Assembly: GCA_000004985.1 (NCBI GenBank)
Contig: GG738858.1
Reading direction: 5' to 3' (one strand)
Source: Naegleria gruberi
Lineage: Eukaryota
Length of the DNA stretch: 64,000 nucleotides
The notes under the pieces are model-generated. The model saw only the letters and a list, made by a program, of their open reading frames with translations, made no database searches and had not been told where the DNA came from. Positions 8,057 to 19,539 of this stretch are shown in pieces. How positions within the stretch are numbered: the first letter of the stretch is position 1; every line of letters starts with the position of its first letter. A program made the translations under genes and the position numbers.

Positions 8057-9397
8057 ATGAAGGAAATAATAACAATTCATGTCGGAGGGGCCGGATGTCA
8101 AATAGGCGATCAGTTGTGGGAGTTATATTGTAAGGAACACGGTATACAACGTGCTGCAGATCATCATACCAATAATACAACCTCCATGATGGAATCATCA
8201 GCTGCCTTTTCATCAGCAGAGAGTTTGTTCTATGAAACGAGTCATACAGAAAAGCAACAATATGTTCCATTGGCTATCTTTTTCGATAACGACTCATCAA
8301 GAGTGCACGAATCGAGGAAGAGATTTGGTAACTTAATGTCCTCAGACAATATGATTGGAGGTAAGGAAGATGCTGCCAATAATTTTGTGAGAGGATGCTA
8401 CACGATTGGAAAGGAGAATATGGATACAGTCTTGGAGAGGATTAGAATATTGAGTGAGAAGTGTGATAGTTTGCAGGGAATTAATGTTGTGAACTCGTTG
8501 GGAGGAGGAACAGGCTCTGGATCAGGAACATTATTGCTTGATAGAATGAGTATAGACTTTGCAAAGGTTCCAATTCATTTGAATACTGTTGCACCATCTC
8601 CAAAATTGTATGATACAGTTGTGGAACCATATAATTTTTGTTGGGCTATGGAACCAATGTGTGAAAAGGGATGCACAGCAACTTTTTATGATAATGAGGC
8701 CTTGTACAATGTTTGTGGAAATCATTTGGGAATTAATGATCCGAAATTAGCTGATATTAATCAAATTATTGCACACCACATTTCCACAAGCTTTTCCAGT
8801 TGTAGAATTGGATCTAATTGTGCAATGCCTGTTTCATTTGGAGATGTAAATCAGACACTTGTTCCAATTCCAAACTTTGAATTACTTACCCCTTCATTTG
8901 TACCATTTGGTTCTGCTCAGAACGAGTTGAGTATGGCAGAGAGGGGCAAACTTGCATTTAGTCCTTCCAACACTTTGATTTCTTACAACATCTTGGAAGG
9001 AAAAATGCTGAGCTCACTGTTAAGTTATAGAGGAAATGTAACTATGGGAGATAACTTTGAATGTTTGAGTGCTGTCAAAAAGATGGAGGGTATTTCTATG
9101 GGCCCTTCTTGGATTCCAAATACTTTCAGTTGCCACATCTCCAAAGCTCCAACAACTCTTTTGGATGATTCAGTTCTTGGGGTTGTGCCAAGTGAAAAGA
9201 TGCTTGCAGTAACAACCAACACAACTGCCATCACCAAAAAATTGAATCAAATTATGGTAAACTTTGATAAAATGTATGAAAAGAGAGCATTTGTTCATTG
9301 GTATGTTGGAGAGGGCATAGAAGATGAATATTTTAGATATGGAAGATCTATACTCGAAGAAAAGGTTGCCACCTATGGAGAGTTGATTTCACAATAA
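8057..9397 (+). CDS. alpha-tubulin-like protein, highly divergent, 446 aa
   Basis: ATG at 8057 (MKEIITIHVGGAGCQIGDQLWELYCKEHGIQ..); the track start is TTG. The tubulin/FtsZ G-box reads GGGTGSGSG. Similarity to canonical tubulin is low after the first ~150 residues. Confidence 0.65.
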   Translation: MKEIITIHVGGAGCQIGDQLWELYCKEHGIQRAADHHTNNTTSMMESSAAFSSAESLFYETSHTEKQQYVPLAIFFDNDSSRVHESRKRFGNLMSSDNMIGGKEDAANNFVRGCYTIGKENMDTVLERIRILSEKCDSLQGINVVNSLGGGTGSGSGTLLLDRMSIDFAKVPIHLNTVAPSPKLYDTVVEPYNFCWAMEPMCEKGCTATFYDNEALYNVCGNHLGINDPKLADINQIIAHHISTSFSSCRIGSNCAMPVSFGDVNQTLVPIPNFELLTPSFVPFGSAQNELSMAERGKLAFSPSNTLISYNILEGKMLSSLLSYRGNVTMGDNFECLSAVKKMEGISMGPSWIPNTFSCHISKAPTTLLDDSVLGVVPSEKMLAVTTNTTAITKKLNQIMVNFDKMYEKRAFVHWYVGEGIEDEYFRYGRSILEEKVATYGELISQ

Positions 9398-9404
9398 ATT
9401 TCTC

Positions 9405-11111
9405 TTACTGTACAATTATTTCAATATCTGATAAGCAGTTCTCATTAGCACTCATAAAGTATAATCTGTTAAAGAAATCAAATGATCCACATTTTGGTCT
9501 CATCCATATCTTTCCAAAATCCAAAAAGTCAATTGTGGCAATGTTCAAACTTCCATTAATCATAAAATCACAAATCAATTTTCTACTGTTACTGTTAAAG
9601 GTGATCTTGCCATAAAATAATCCATTTTGATTTTCCTTATTATGAGAAGGTGTTACAACATATTCAGACATTCCATTGTTGGTCATGTTATCAAAATTAA
9701 GGATTGGAATCTTTCTCTCATTTGTGATAAAATAGTTCAGTAGCAAGTGTTTCAATTGGTGGGTGGTCTCTGTGGAACAGATTTGATTTCTGTGAAACTT
9801 AAAATCTCCAAATCCAAACATTAATGGGAATTTTCTTTCTCCACTTTCATTCTTTGATGGCTTGAATATTGACTTGTATGCTCCTTCTTTGTTTCTCTTG
9901 AAAGTAAATAATCCAGGTGGACACCAACCAAAGCACTTTCCCACACCCTTATAGCTTAATTTGGCAGAGCTTCCCTTGGTATAGATTAGATATCCTCTCA
10001 AGTTATTGGCCAAGCAATTGTATCCAGATATGAATTCTGATAGAGAAAGGCTTGTTGCACTATTCTTTTCATCACTATATATTATCTGACAAGCATCAAT
10101 GTAAGAAATATTATCAATTTCTACTGTTACGAATGGTTTCTTCTTCTTTACAGTAAAATAATTGTATTGAATATGTTGCAACTGAATGGTAGAGTGATTT
10201 AGTTGGATGGAAAATCCACCAGGTCTGAAATCCAATTGAGCAGTCCCATGATACAGACAATTATCCTCCATTTGTAGATAATTATTAAATTTTAGAGAGT
10301 AATCTTGTTTTTCCTTTCTTCCAAAATACTTTTCAATTTTGGATAAATCCAAGCTTGAATTTCTAAATTTTCCATAATAATTCGACATGAAATCATTAAA
10401 GTCTTTCAAGGGATTATCACTCGAAAGGTTGTAAACTCTTGTCTGATTTACAAAGATTACAAATTTCTTGCAAGTCCAAATTGCTTTTGCACTCACTCCA
10501 CATTCATTATCAGCTCCGTAATAAATTTTCCCTTTCATCTCCACTTGAAAATCAACAATATCTGACTGTTTGCAATAATCAATTTTAAATACAATGCTAG
10601 AAAACTCAAAATTCACATCGTGTAATTGAATGTCATATAATTTACAATTCATACAGAGGAGATATTTAGTGTTCGCTGTGATTTCAATGCATGAATCGTA
10701 CTTTTCCGACCAAATATCTGTTTTACATTCGATACTTTCAAATTCCACACTATTCCTATCAAAATCGAATATTTCTCCATCTAGAAAATTGGCAAATTGT
10801 TTAATGTAAGGAGAAACCTGAGAATGTTCAGCCATAATTTCTATCAGTTTGTCCAAGCTTGAGTTGATATCCGAATTGTGAATTTCTTGTGAAAATAAAG
10901 AACACAATTTCTTCTTAATCCGAGCTCTTTTACTCTTGTTTCCAATATTTTTACTTGTTACAAATTCAACAATTTGTTTTTGGTAAGTAACAAAGTCCAA
11001 TTCCAGTAGTGGTGTTGATAATGCGGTGTTGTCCTGATCTGCATCTGCCAGCAAAATATTATTCGAATCTGTTCGGCGAAGCCATGTAGGCCTCAGCACG
11101 TTTGGACACAT
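9405..11111 (-). CDS. hypothetical protein, 568 aa, no recognisable domain
   Basis: ATG at 11111, long intact ORF with coding-like composition. No motif recognised by eye. Confidence 0.45.
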   Translation of the reverse strand: MCPNVLRPTWLRRTDSNNILLADADQDNTALSTPLLELDFVTYQKQIVEFVTSKNIGNKSKRARIKKKLCSLFSQEIHNSDINSSLDKLIEIMAEHSQVSPYIKQFANFLDGEIFDFDRNSVEFESIECKTDIWSEKYDSCIEITANTKYLLCMNCKLYDIQLHDVNFEFSSIVFKIDYCKQSDIVDFQVEMKGKIYYGADNECGVSAKAIWTCKKFVIFVNQTRVYNLSSDNPLKDFNDFMSNYYGKFRNSSLDLSKIEKYFGRKEKQDYSLKFNNYLQMEDNCLYHGTAQLDFRPGGFSIQLNHSTIQLQHIQYNYFTVKKKKPFVTVEIDNISYIDACQIIYSDEKNSATSLSLSEFISGYNCLANNLRGYLIYTKGSSAKLSYKGVGKCFGWCPPGLFTFKRNKEGAYKSIFKPSKNESGERKFPLMFGFGDFKFHRNQICSTETTHQLKHLLLNYFITNERKIPILNFDNMTNNGMSEYVVTPSHNKENQNGLFYGKITFNSNSRKLICDFMINGSLNIATIDFLDFGKIWMRPKCGSFDFFNRLYFMSANENCLSDIEIIVQ

Positions 11112-11394
11112 TTTTTTCGAATGGTGTTAACTTGCCGAGGATTCAAAAAGGTTGATTAAAAAGGAAACATGGTACATTCTTGTTTTTCTAAAGTCAAATG
11201 TCGTTGTAAACTAAAATTTTTAAACTGTAGTATTTATGTTACAATTTTCCAATGTCAATACAGTATAATGCAATAAAACATCAAGGTCCCAAAATAGAGT
11301 TATATTGTATGCTGAAAACTTCAAAAGATTTCAAAACTCAAACTTCATTCTAAATGAAATCTTTCAATAAACATCCAAATTCAAATACAAAAAA

Positions 11395-12084
11395 ATGAAT
11401 GGTGTTGCTATTACGTAAGTTTTCTCTTTGATCTACTGATATGAAATCTACTATTATCAAAACAATAGAGGATCTGTCGCCTCAATGAGCACAATGATGC
11501 TCTATACTGGAGGAATGGCAACTTGGGGATGTAAGTATTTGCTCTCCTCCAATTAAATTAAATCCATTCTAATAGTTTTGGTTTGGTCCGAGTTCAGTAC
11601 TACCAAGGTCGATAAAGATTCCCTCCTCTGTCAGGGAAGTACAATCCTCAATCTACTTCTCTCCTTCAATATCATTCTAGTTGTTCAGTGTGTTCTAGTC
11701 ATCCTAGCTCTCCTCTCATCAGCTCTCTTCTCCTATAAGAAAGATTCCAAAGCTTTGGTCATTATGAGCTATTTCTTCTCGAGACTTTCCACTTGTTTCG
11801 TCGTCCTGTGCTATAAGGCCATGTTAGGTCTTAACATTGCCATCACAGTTCTTCTCTACTCTAAGAGTTGCAACATGAGTGCTCCTAAAATGTTGGCCAA
11901 ATTGGAGCCTTTCATCATTACTCAATTCGTTCTTCTACCATTCAGTTTGTGTTGTATTGGATGTTGTGTTGCTTGCAATGGACTTGTTGGTGCTCTGAAG
12001 GAGAATGAATATTACAAGTCGAGCAAGAATAAGGATGAAGAAATGATTCAAACCAAACTTCTTGAATATTCCGATGGTCAATAA
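11395..12084 (+). CDS. small four-pass membrane protein (196 aa), 3 exons: 11395-11414, 11469-11530, 11576-12084
   Basis: ATG at 11395. Introns 11415-11468 (GTAAGT..CAATAG) and 11531-11575 (GTAAGT..TAATAG) are phase-consistent. Exon 3 is the track ORF (TTG start). Four hydrophobic segments and a CCxGCC cluster. Confidence 0.45.
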
Positions 12085-12475
12085 GGATTAAAAATCGAAT
12101 CCATGGATCATTATTGAGTGTGTTTTCCTTTTGAGTGATATTAAATAGTAAATACTTTAAAAAACCTTATTTAATTTCATACTTCAACATTATCATCTTA
12201 TCGCCTTTTTAAATTCTCCCCTAATCATTTTTTTATTCTTTACAATTTTCCAATGGAAGAAAAGAGTGAATTATTAATAGCCTTTGGTGTTTCTTAGCAA
12301 TACTCCTTAAGAATCAAGTCTTTGAGGGTGTATTTGAGGAGGCGAAATAACCCATCCATTTATGCGTCCTGTTTACGTTCTCTCGTTTTTTTCTAGTTGA
12401 AATCCTATTAAAAGAGCGGATTTCCTTACCTTGAAATTCTCAAAAAAAAAGAATCACAACAATAATCATACAAAC

Positions 12476-12880
12476 ATGTCCTTGAAGAATACCATTCAAC
12501 AACTTGTCTCATCCAACAAGGTTACAATCTTCTCCAAGACTTATTGTCCATACTGTACAAATGGTAAGTTTTTTGAAAGATCGGAATGATTAATATTAAC
12601 TTGGATTAATTGGATTAATATAATAATAATATTATTATTAATATTGTTGGATTGGAATATTCAAATAGCCAAGAAGCTCTTTGCTGAATTAGGAGTTGAT
12701 TATAAAGCAATTGAATTGGACACAATGAAGGAAGGAACTGAATATCAAAATACTCTCAAGGAAATGACTAATCAATCAACTGTTCCATCTGTGTGGGTTA
12801 ATGGTGAATTCATTGGAGGATTCAGTGATACATCAAAGCTCCACCAACAAGGAAAGCTCGTTTCCAAGCTCGGATTGTAA
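12476..12880 (+). CDS. glutaredoxin (CPYC-type), 2 exons: 12476-12563 and 12669-12880
   Basis: MSLKNTIQQLVSSNKVTIFSKTYCPYCTN | AKKLFAELGVDYKAIELD...TVPSVWVNGEFIGG. The intron 12564-12668 is GTAAGT...ATAG, phase 1. Confidence 0.8.
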
Positions 12881-12961
12881 ATAAAAGTTTAATTTATTTA
12901 AATAAAAATCATAGAACTATTTTGAATTGTTACAAAATTAATTTACAAAATTGTTTTTTGG

Positions 12962-13573
12962 TTACCAATAGGATTCATGAACAGCAGCTGCTTCTTCTTC
13001 CATAATTGGACCAATTAGTGGAATGTTCAAACCTTCGGAACGTTCCTCGAATATTTCTCTACAGGCAATAGTCAAACTACCACTATTCTTCAAATTATTT
13101 CCATCTTGCTTTCTTCTGACAATTTCACGAAGTCTACTTGCAGGACAAGCATAAACAACCTTTCCAATTCCAACCCAGAAAATGGCACCTGCACACATAA
13201 TGCAAGGTTCAGTTGAGGTGTACATTGTGCAATTAGTGAGATAGTCACGAGGGTATTTCTTTGATGCCATACTAGACAAGTTCAATTCAGCATGTCTTGT
13301 ACGATCATTTTCAGTGTGGACTGTATTGTGAGCTTCAAGAATAATTTCATTAGTATCATTATCAATCAAGAGAGCACCAAAAGGATGATTACCGTGATCA
13401 TTACAAGATTCCTTTGACAAATCAATTGCTCTCTTCATCAATTTTTCATGCAAATGCTTTTGTTCATCAGATTGTTGTGAAGAACAACCTGAACAACAAC
13501 GAATAGTGGTGACCAATTCTTGTGGAGTTGTTTCTGTTGTTGTTGATGTAGTTATGGTTTGTGTTGTAGACAT
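12962..13573 (-). CDS. cytidine/deoxycytidylate deaminase-family zinc enzyme (tRNA adenosine / guanine deaminase-like), 203 aa
   Basis: ATG at 13573. The zinc-binding motifs H-A-E (HAELNL) and P-C-x-x-C (EPCIMCAGAI) are present. Confidence 0.6.
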   Translation of the reverse strand: MSTTQTITTSTTTETTPQELVTTIRCCSGCSSQQSDEQKHLHEKLMKRAIDLSKESCNDHGNHPFGALLIDNDTNEIILEAHNTVHTENDRTRHAELNLSSMASKKYPRDYLTNCTMYTSTEPCIMCAGAIFWVGIGKVVYACPASRLREIVRRKQDGNNLKNSGSLTIACREIFEERSEGLNIPLIGPIMEEEAAAVHESYW

Positions 13574-14143
13574 TTTTTTGGATACTCCTCACTAATTCAT
13601 GAACTGGAAAGGTGTACTCCCGATAATCGTCAAGATAACAAGAAGATTCTCTATTCATAACAACCAATTTGGCTATGAAGATAGAAAGTGGTTTCTCCTT
13701 GGTTTGGTATCAAAATAAAGTCTCATGCTGATAATACCAATATTAAGTCTACCAAAATCTTTAAATTTTAAATAGAATATTTTTGGTTCCTTTGGTTGTT
13801 GAAATTCTGATTGAAAATGTTTTCTTGTCTTTTCTTCTTGTTAGATTGTTGTTAGAAAGCAAGTCACCATCCAATCAGCGAGGAAAACATTTGATGTAAA
13901 ATTTCCAAGTTGGTATTTTGATAATTTTTTTAAAAATAAATTTGATGATTTTTTAAATTTAAAAAAAATAGCAAACACCTAGATTGAGTGCGGACGAGTT
14001 TTTATTCTTCAAAGATACGGAATCGTCCACTACTGATTGTCATCATCTTTGGATACTTAGTATACTAGTCAAACTCGAGTAGTAAATAGTTTTTCCTAAA
14101 CAAGTGAGGAGGATTTGGATATTCTAATATTTAAATCCGTTTA

Positions 14144-15739
14144 ATGTGTTGTTTTGGTTGTGTATTTTCCAATTTTTTCAGAGAAGTAATGGGAGTAAGA
14201 GAATTTACGATCCGTCTGTTTAAGAGCGAAGATCGTTCGAAAACATACAAACCACTGATTGATATCCTTCCGTGGTGGGCTGTTTTAGTCCTTTTTATTA
14301 TTGCAACAGTATTATTTGGTATTGCTATCATTGTGGGTGTCTTTGCAGGCCCAGTCGTATTGGATTCACACTATGTGGAAATGGATACAAGAAAGAACAC
14401 AACAACAAGTTCACGTGGATCTATTGATTTTGTGCCAAGAACATCATCACATTTGAGATATGCTCAATATACTTTGGATGGAGATCATGATGATCTCAAG
14501 CCACTTTTCTATGGTCAAGAACAAGTCTTGGCTACAGCACCAACAACATTTAGTGCCATTAATCAAGAGATTAATTTTCTCTGTTATTTGAAATCTAATA
14601 CTTCAACATTTTCTGTGGAATCTGAAAAGGCCTTTGGTTTCCAAAAGTCTAACCTCCAGTTCTTCTTGCAACTTTTTGGTAAGGATGAAGCTGATGGTGA
14701 TTGGGAGCTTATTGTGAATGGTACCTATTCCAGACCATTGGTTTGTACTTCCACTAGTGAACTCTGTGATCCAATTACACTATTCTATGAATCACATATT
14801 AGACATCCATACTATCGTATTGGTGTGAGCTTCCTCAACTCTCGTGAATTATATGATAATACTCTTATTGATCCACATTTCGTCAAGATGGAATTTGAAA
14901 GCTACAATGCTGCTTATTCAAATTGGGAATTGGGCTGGAGATATAGTATAATCTTTATCACTGCTCCACTCTGTATTGCTTTCATTATTGCCAATATTAT
15001 TAGAAGTCACTTTGTAAATTGGGCTACTGAACAAAAGTGGATTGGATTGTTGCTCATTTTCCTTGTACTTTACAATAATCCTATTTTTGCATTGATTTTC
15101 ACAGCAGGTAACTGGGCTTTCTCCTTTATTAATATTGTATTTATTATTAGTTTCGTTTGCTTTTTAATGTTTGTGGTGCTGGTTTTCACTGATTCTCTTG
15201 TCATTCCACAAAAAGATAGATCATTCCTGTGGTTCTACATCCCAAAGATTGTATTGGTTGGCATTCTCTTTGTATTTGTCATTACTACCTTTACCTACGT
15301 CAGACTTCAAGAACAAGAAGATCCAGGTTACAATTTGGGAATTGTTCAAGGACTTTCCTCATATCAAACATTGGGCATTATTGTTGTATTGATTATGCTT
15401 GTCTACATCTTTGTTCTTATTTATTATTTGATGAGAGTTATTGAAAAGCACAGAATGAACTTGTTACCAAAGAGAAATGCTTGGCGTAGTAAGGTTATTT
15501 GGTTCTTGACCATTACAATGGTTATTGGTACTATTGTGGAAATCTTCCTCTACGTTTTCAGTAAGGATTGGAATAGCTCTGCTCAATTCTTGTCCTACTT
15601 TATGTTCTACAGTTTGTACGTTTGGCTCATTACCATTCTCTATTGGCCAAGCTTTACTGCCGTTCAACAAGAAGAATTCGACGAAGAAAATAACACCCAA
15701 GCCAAAGAAGATGATTACTTTGATGAAATGGATGAATAA
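14144..15739 (+). CDS. multi-pass membrane protein (N-terminal TM, luminal domain of about 190 aa, then about 7 TM, acidic C-tail), 531 aa
   Basis: ATG at 14144; the second ATG at 14189 (MGVREF..) is also a possible start. The hydrophobicity pattern is seen in the translation. No catalytic motif recognised. Confidence 0.45.
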   Translation: MCCFGCVFSNFFREVMGVREFTIRLFKSEDRSKTYKPLIDILPWWAVLVLFIIATVLFGIAIIVGVFAGPVVLDSHYVEMDTRKNTTTSSRGSIDFVPRTSSHLRYAQYTLDGDHDDLKPLFYGQEQVLATAPTTFSAINQEINFLCYLKSNTSTFSVESEKAFGFQKSNLQFFLQLFGKDEADGDWELIVNGTYSRPLVCTSTSELCDPITLFYESHIRHPYYRIGVSFLNSRELYDNTLIDPHFVKMEFESYNAAYSNWELGWRYSIIFITAPLCIAFIIANIIRSHFVNWATEQKWIGLLLIFLVLYNNPIFALIFTAGNWAFSFINIVFIISFVCFLMFVVLVFTDSLVIPQKDRSFLWFYIPKIVLVGILFVFVITTFTYVRLQEQEDPGYNLGIVQGLSSYQTLGIIVVLIMLVYIFVLIYYLMRVIEKHRMNLLPKRNAWRSKVIWFLTITMVIGTIVEIFLYVFSKDWNSSAQFLSYFMFYSLYVWLITILYWPSFTAVQQEEFDEENNTQAKEDDYFDEMDE

Positions 15740-16312
15740 ATTCATCATCATGATTTTTCACACAACAAGAATGATTCAAATTTTCACACTCAATCTTTCC
15801 ATTAGTTATAAAGTTACTGAAATATCGAGGAGAATAAAGAAAACTATTGATTGTAAACAGCATTCCTGATCCATCACCATTCCAAGCCATTCTATAACAA
15901 CATGTTTGGAAAATTCACCAAACAAGAGCTCTGTTTTCGCTTTTCATATTTCCCGCCAAATTAATAACGGAGAATTTTAAAAAGAAAAAAACAAACAAAT
16001 TCTTCGCTCATTTTGGCTTTCGAGTAATAAGAAAAAACTCAACAACAATAATTCACCACAACTCCAGAAGAATATATTATAGCATTGCATTTGCAAATCA
16101 TTGTAACAACATTAGAGCCTTTTTTCTCTTTTCCGTTTCAGCAACTTTACAATTTTAATTAATTAATTATAATAATTTTTATATTAGAGGCCAAAACTTC
16201 ATCATTAATGAGTGAAAATATCAACGTATCATCATTAATTAACGAGTATAATTATACACAACAAGATTTGAATTATTATAGACATCAATAGAAAAAGTTT
16301 TTCATCATCATC

Positions 16313-17492
16313 ATGGAATCGACAACAACAGGACAACAAACAACAGAATTCAACATTAATAATACAACAAGTGTTAGTGAGGATGTTGATAATGTTAAGA
16401 AGGCTTCGTTTATGGAAATTATGAAACAATTTTCAAAGGAATGCTTTGCTGGAAGTATTGCTGGTTCTTCGGGACTTATTGTTGGCCATCCATTGGGTAT
16501 GTTGCAATTAATAATTAATTGAGAGAAATTAATTTAATTTGTTTACTTTTTCACAAATTAATGGAATTGTGTTCAAATTATGTGATTTTGAAAATAATAT
16601 AGACACTATTAGAGTGAGAGCTCAAACTAGTACTAGCAGTAGAGGAGCAATGTATTTATTCAGAGAAGCTCTTGCAAAGGAAGGACCTCGTTCACTTTTT
16701 AAAGGATTACTCTCACCACTCATTGGAGAATCAATTAATAATTGCATTCTCTTTGGTGTCTACAATGGCTTGCTTCCATTCCTCTTTAGAACTGCTCTTG
16801 GAAACCAAACAGTTGAAGAAGAGACTGAAATGAGAAGAAATTCAATTCCACTCCAATTCGTCAGTGGGTCCCTTGCAGGTGCATGCATTGCTTTTGTTGT
16901 GTGCCCAACCGAGCTCATTAAAATTAGACTTCAAACCTCAACAGATCCAATCAAGACAAGAGCTACTGACGGAGTTGCTGGAAGAAGAGGATTTAAGGAT
17001 TGTGCCAAATATATTTGGAAGAATGAAGGAGGATTGAGAGGAATCTACCATGGTTTATCTGCAACCATGATGAGAGAATTAACATTTAATGGAATTTACT
17101 TTGCCACCTACGAACAAGGTAAAACTAGATTATCTAAATATTTTGCTTCAAGACAACTTGGAGAAAATGCTTCTGAAAAGGAAGTGAATCAATTGACTGA
17201 GGAACTTCGTTCTAACTGGAAAGTTGTCATGACCAGTGGTGGTATGGCTGGTTTAGCAGCTTGGGGATTTACCTATCAAACAGATGTCATTAAGAGTGTA
17301 GTTCAAGCAAGATCTCCTGTTCTTGCTAGAAATGGAACTTACAATGTCAAGATTGCAGATGTTTTTGCAGAATGCAGACAATCCAAATCTCTCTTCAAAG
17401 GTATTGGACCAACACTGGTGAGAGCTGTTCCTGTAAATGCCACAACCTTCATGGTTTATGAATTAATAAGTGGATTCCTGAACAGAGAATAA
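16313..17492 (+). CDS. mitochondrial carrier family (SLC25) protein, 357 aa, 2 exons: 16313-16496 and 16603-17492
   Basis: Splicing joins GHPLG|DTIRVRAQ, which creates the carrier signature P-x-D-T-[IV]-[KR]-x-R-x-Q. The intron is GTATGT..ATATAG, phase 1. There are three repeats with the PxD/ExxK-R pattern. Confidence 0.75.
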
Positions 17493-17855
17493 TTTAATTG
17501 CATTAAAAACAACTCGAGAGAAACACAATTTTCAAATAATACCGAATTTATTTGCTAATAAAATCCAAGAATTGAGAAATAATTAGGTGCTGCACTTAGT
17601 GAGGAAACCTCCTCAATTGAAAGATGGAAAACTGGAATGGATTATCAACAATAATAACACAGTCGCAGTGTTACTAGTAATTTGATAATAGAAAGTGGTG
17701 GTAGTAGAAGATGGGAAAGGAACTATGTACAAAGGGAAAAAGTGATTGTTATAGATCTCTCTTGTCAGTGAATTGACCAAATCATGTATTGAAGAACATT
17801 GGTCAATTCTCTTTTAAAGATGAAAAATGCAACCAATCAACTAATTACAACAAAA

Positions 17856-18668
17856 CTAATCACCAGTAACAGTAATTTTCAAACCTTCAACTACCGTATT
17901 TGAAAATGCCTTGTTAAACACCTGTTCACTTTCTTGCTTTTCCTTATCTGAGCATGCATATCCATCATAGTCCAAATTTTTCAAAACTAGAGAAATTTTC
18001 GTAATGTGATTGCAATTGACCGACTCGAACTGTATAGAAATTTCCCACTCAAATTTATACTTGCAAATGAGTGATGACTTGTCTTCTGAAATACTATACA
18101 CTTGTTCAATACGTCTCTGAGTAATCACAGGTGTTTTGTTATCCTTTCCAGTGTGAAAATCCAAGAACTATTATTCAGTTGGCCTCTAATTTTGAAATAA
18201 ATAAAAAAAACATACCCACATTCCTCTACAATCTTTAAATTCAATTCCATGAGCTTTCAAACACTCTCTCACATGAAACAAGACAGCAATAACAGGACTC
18301 TGATTACAACACTTTAACAATTTGATAATTGGATGATTTTCACCATAATATTTCAATAAATACTTGTCAAATGTCGTTGGAATATTTGTATTCACTTCAG
18401 AGTCGAATATATCTTGAGTGGCAGATACTTGTTCTAAACCCATCTCACCTAACAATGCACCCATCAATTCAAACAAGACAATATTAATTTTATCTTTGGC
18501 CTTGTCAGCTGTAAAGTTTCTTTCTGTCATTTGTTGTGAATTAAAACGAAATAATGTAAATTTACGTGCTAGACGTGGAATATCCTTCGAAACTGGTAGA
18601 GTTTCAAGTTTATGTTGCGCGACTTTTGTCAGCTCGTCCACAACATTTGACATGTTAATATTGGCCAT
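17856..18668 (-). CDS. hypothetical protein (about 254 aa), 2 exons: 18668-18216 and 18167-17856
   Basis: First ATG at 18668 (MANINMS..); the track start at 18734 is GTG. The intron 18168-18215 (GTATGT..AATAG, phase 0) joins the two adjacent track ORFs. No domain recognised. Confidence 0.35.
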
Positions 18669-19125
18669 AGTTTTTGATATGAAAATAATTTCTAGAAAGA
18701 GGATGATGAAAAGGGTTGTTATTCTTGCTGCCACAGAACAATTTCCAAGTTGATGAGTTTGACCGTTGACAGCAATTTTTTTTTTAAAATTTTATTTTAA
18801 TTTTTTTAATAGAACGACAGAAAACTGACAACTGCAACAAAGAAGAGTGATGGTTTTCCAAAATGGAGTTGATAAGGGAAGTCGTTGCCAAATTGTATTC
18901 TTCAGTTACCACCTTTCGAATACAAAAGAATACCATTGGAAGAAACTTGTTTTATTAGAAACCTGCCGGCAGTGATAAAGACGTTGGGTGATAATGAATT
19001 TAATTTTATTGAATTTTATTGAATCAACAATTTCTATATTTCTAATGTTTTGGACATTCTATTTTCGATTTAACACTGAGGTTGATATTGTACTGATTGG
19101 TTCTTCATTTGGTCAAAGGATAAGA

Positions 19126-19196
19126 AGGGAGATAGTTCAGTGGTAGAACATGGGATTGTGGTTCCTAAGATCAGGGTTCGATTCCCTGTCTTCCTA
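19126..19196 (+). tRNA. trnH-GUG: tRNA-His (anticodon GUG)
   Basis: AGGGAGA TA GTTC AGTGGTA GAAC A TGGGA TTGTGGT TCCTA AGAT CAGGG TTCGATT CCCTG TCTTCCT A. It gives a cloverleaf with anticodon GUG. Confidence 0.75.
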
Positions 19197-19279
19197 CACC
19201 TTTTATTTTATTTTTTACCCAATAAGAATATCTGGTATTTTATAATTCTTGTTCGATTTTTTTAATAAGAACATCGTAA

Positions 19280-19351
19280 AGCAAATTGGCGCAGCGGAAG
19301 CGCGATGGGCTCATAACCCATAGGTCCTAGGATCGAAACCTAGATTTGCTA
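19280..19351 (+). tRNA. trnMi-CAU: initiator tRNA-Met (anticodon CAU)
   Basis: AGCAAAT TG GCGC AGCGGAA GCGC G ATGGG CTCATAA CCCAT AGGTC CTAGG ATCGAAA CCTAG ATTTGCT A. Eukaryotic initiator hallmarks are present: A1:U72, three G:C pairs in the anticodon stem, and an A-rich ATCGAAA T-loop. It is followed by a T6 run. Confidence 0.8.
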
Positions 19352-19539
19352 TGTCTTTTTTATTCCCCTTTCCATTAATTTTGGCAATTATACATTTATC
19401 CAAAATATTTCTTTTTTGATCAAAATCCAAGAAACGCGTACTGGATTCGGCTCATTCTACTTCAAGTTGACCACCTTGACATTCATACAAAAAATTAGCC
19501 ACAAATCACCACAAATTTTCCAATCTCATTCACAACATC

